DNA of 32,218 nucleotides from a virus (Duplodnaviria; Heunggongvirae; Uroviricota; Caudoviricetes): IMG/VR virus record IMGVR_UViG_2534682164_000018; one strand, 5' to 3'. Shown piece by piece: positions 28,387 to 32,218 of this stretch (position 1 is its first letter; each line of letters starts with the position of its first letter). The notes under the pieces were generated by a model. It saw only the letters and a program-made list of their open reading frames with translations, ran no database searches and was not told where the DNA came from. The position numbers and the translations under genes were made by a program.

Positions 28387-29796
28387 GACTATACGAGTAC
28401 TAAAACTCTTGCTGCAAAATATGCTGGTTCGAAATGGACAAATAAATTTCTTGGTAAGGGTATTGTTAGTATCAGTACCGTTATCTTAAAAACTCAAGAT
28501 TCATTAGAAAATAATATTCTTGTTAATGATCAATTCGCTTTAACTGTAGAAATGAAAGGGCAGGTGATTTATGATTTTGTTGATGGTACTTATAAAGCAA
28601 GTAGTAACCCTCCTTCAATTATCTATGATTACTTAACAAATTCAATCTATGGTATGGGTATTGATCCATCATTGATTAATACCGATACGTTTGCAGAAAC
28701 CGCAGCATATTGTGATGCTTTTGAATATTATGCTAATGGTGCTATCAGTTATCAAAAAACCTATAAAGATAATATTGAAAATATCTGTCAGTCATTTGGC
28801 GGCATCATGTATGTACATGCCGGACAAATCTGTATTACCACAGACCGCAAATCGGTATCCGTAGCCTCATTTGATGAGCGTAACATGGTAGGGGCGGTAC
28901 AGGTTTCTACTTCTGGCGGTACTGACTACTTCAACGTAGTCGATTGCAAGTTTACTAACCCTGAATCGATGTACACCACTGACGTAGTACGTATCCCTTC
29001 CGATATCACTACGGATGAAGCAGTACAGCATGATGGACAGGTCATAGCATTATCACGCGATTACTCATGGTCATATGATCAAGAGGTGATTGCAAAAATG
29101 GCTAACGTTGATGTACTCAAGGCTAAGTATGCCCTGCGTACTATCAGCTTCACCACAAGTGAAGGTTGGGATCTCGAAGTATGGGATGCGATCAATGTCA
29201 GCAATGAAGAACTCGCTATCTCAGGCAAATTTAAAGTACTCAATAAAGATATCAGCACCGATCAAGAGAACGTTGGCTATGTAACCATCACGGCAGTAGA
29301 AGCACCTGATGCAATGTATGATGGTATTGATCCGGGTATCTGGTCGCCTGGTGGGGTAATTAACTTCCCTGAACTACAGGTACTACCGCCAACGAACCTA
29401 CAGGCAGTACGTAAGGGGAATACTACTTCTGGTTCAATCGTGGATCTTACCTGGGATGCTTCACCAGATCCGTATCTGCGTGGGTACTATGTTTACTACC
29501 GTCTTAACGGTTCCAGTACCTGGACGTATGCGGGGCAGACTGGCGTACAGAAGCTTGATTATGAATTATTTGGATTGTCTGATACTGCAAGCTACGACTT
29601 TTCGGTAGAGGCTTACAACAACTTAGGGCTGGTATCCAAGAAGCTTTCCCTAACTGGCATTGTTCCAACATTCAACTTTGCACTACCTGCGGTAACGCGT
29701 GTAGTACTGACAAATAAAACAGAATCAGCGTATGTAACTGACTCACCAGATTTCAATATTGCCTGGGATTCAACAAAAAGATATCAGAGTGAATAA
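28387..29796 (+). pseudogene. tail tip/host-specificity protein (lambda gpJ-like), C-terminal fragment
   Basis: Joins in frame to 27050 after removing IS2 and one GTGGT copy (...RFGG-DYTSTKTLAAKYAG...); the segment ...IIYDYLTNSIYGMGIDPSL...CQSFGGIMYVHAGQI... resembles the gpJ core (recalled). Confidence 0.65.
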
Positions 29797-30694
29797 CCGA
29801 TCATTTAGTGAGTACTTCAAGTATTACGTTATTAAAATCTATGACGGTACTAAATTAGTAGATACATTCTATACGCAAAGTAATGCCTTTAATTTCACTC
29901 TTGAAATGAACCGTCTGAAAGTACGTAAGCCTACCATTGGTATTATCGCACAGGGATTTAATGATGGTACATATTCAGAGGAAGTGAAAATAACCGTAGA
30001 GAATAAACAGTGTGGTTTAGTAGAGGATGTTAGCTTTACGGGTGGTTTTGGTAATTTGTTTGCTTCATGGACTAAATCTACTGAACGTGATTATGCAGGT
30101 GCGATTATCAGTATTGTTAATGGTACTAATACACGTATATTCACCAGTTATGCACCTGAATTTGATTCAATACCAAACATCACTGATGGTGAGTATAAGG
30201 TTAAGATGGGATTCTTTGATGTGTTTGGTACTGATGATATTCAATATTGTCCAGAACAAACAATCAGTATCAACTCCAAGTACCAGTTTACCGAAGATGA
30301 TGCAGAGGCAATTAACGGGATTCTTGATTTAGAAGATCGCCTGACTGGTACCATTAATGATGCGGTCAAAATTGCCAATAAGAATACCAGTACTGTTATC
30401 AGTGCATCAGAGGCACGTACCAATGATAAAATCACTGCCAGTGAGAAAACGTTAAGTACTCAGATCACTGGGGTAAATAGTTCCTTATCACAGAAACTTA
30501 GCACCGTTGAAAGTACTGCCAATGGTAACAAGGCCAGTATCCAGACACTATCCCAGACGGTAACGGATAACAACAAAGCTCAGACTACAGCAGTCTCACA
30601 GCTACGTAGTGATGTGAATGGACAGATTGCCACTGTTAACCAGTCAATGAGTACTAAAGCCGATAAATCTACTGTAGATGCTCAGTACTCACTA
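29759..30694 (+). pseudogene. tail fibre/host-range protein truncated at its 3' end by IS911
   Basis: ORF overlaps the end of the J-like gene and runs to the IS911 end at 30695, whose TGA supplies the stop; Ser/Thr/Asn/Gln-rich shaft-like C-terminus. Confidence 0.5.
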
Positions 30695-30702
30695 TGAAGT
30701 GG

Positions 30703-31901
<1,199 letters not shown>

Positions 31902-31942
31902 ATCACCTCTGTTCAGGTGGCCAAATTCAGTGTGCCACTTCA

Positions 31943-32218
31943 GTACAGCATGAACCCTCAGACAGAAAACAAAGTGATGAGCGGCTAAAACTGGAGATTA
32001 AGGTGGCACATATCCGCACTCGCGAAACATATGGAACCCGGCGGCTCCAGACGGAGCTGGCAGAGAATGGCATCATCGTTGGTCGTGACCGACTGGCACG
32101 TCTTCGTAAGGAGCTAAGGCTACGCTGTAAGCAGAAACGCAAGTTCAGAGCGACTACGAACTCGAACCACAATCTGCCAGTTGCGCCAAATCTGCTGAAC
32201 CAGACGTTCGCTCCTACA
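31943..32218 (+). mobile_element. fragment of a second IS3-family element (partial transposase OrfB N-terminal region), directly abutting IS911
   Basis: Open frame without in-window start encodes ...[54 protein letters not shown]..., typical of the N-terminal part of IS3-family OrfB; runs off the window end. Confidence 0.5.

Noticed and set aside
30027-30435. Alternative-frame ORFs inside the truncated fibre gene
   Set aside because: Embedded in a long co-directional coding frame; low-complexity translations.

Overview
This window is an internal segment of a low-GC (about 40%) lambda-like siphovirus prophage that has been inactivated by insertion sequences, so it is a defective prophage. The IS types (IS2, IS911, IS21-like) point to an Escherichia/Shigella-type host. 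All calls come from reading the sequence and ORF translations and from remembered family motifs; no search was run. Layout: (1) 1-4200, AT-rich accessory block with an HNH homing endonuclease, a McrA-like HNH nuclease, a 400-bp structured non-coding spacer and two membrane proteins; (2) 4300-8150, a degenerate EAL-like gene split by an IS21-type element with a 4-bp duplication (GATG), then small envelope-protein genes; (3) 8250-9850, more small envelope proteins and a reverse-strand putative PD-(D/E)xK nuclease; (4) 9962-30694, a lambda-ordered morphogenesis module: Nu1-like small terminase, GpA-like large terminase split by IS2 (duplication GAATG), portal, protease-capsid fusion, connectors, an 883-aa fibre with a tail-tube-like N-domain, major tail protein, G/GT chaperones with an A_AAA_AAG slippery site, tape measure, M/L/K-like proteins, and an I/J-like tip protein split by a second, inverted IS2 (duplication GTGGT); (5) a tail-fibre gene truncated by IS911, which abuts a fragment of another IS3-family element. 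About 20% of the window is IS DNA. The most unusual signal is a strong over-representation of the palindromes GTAC and AGTACT in the phage DNA but not in the IS copies. No rRNA, tRNA, CRISPR array, integrase or lysis cassette was recognised.
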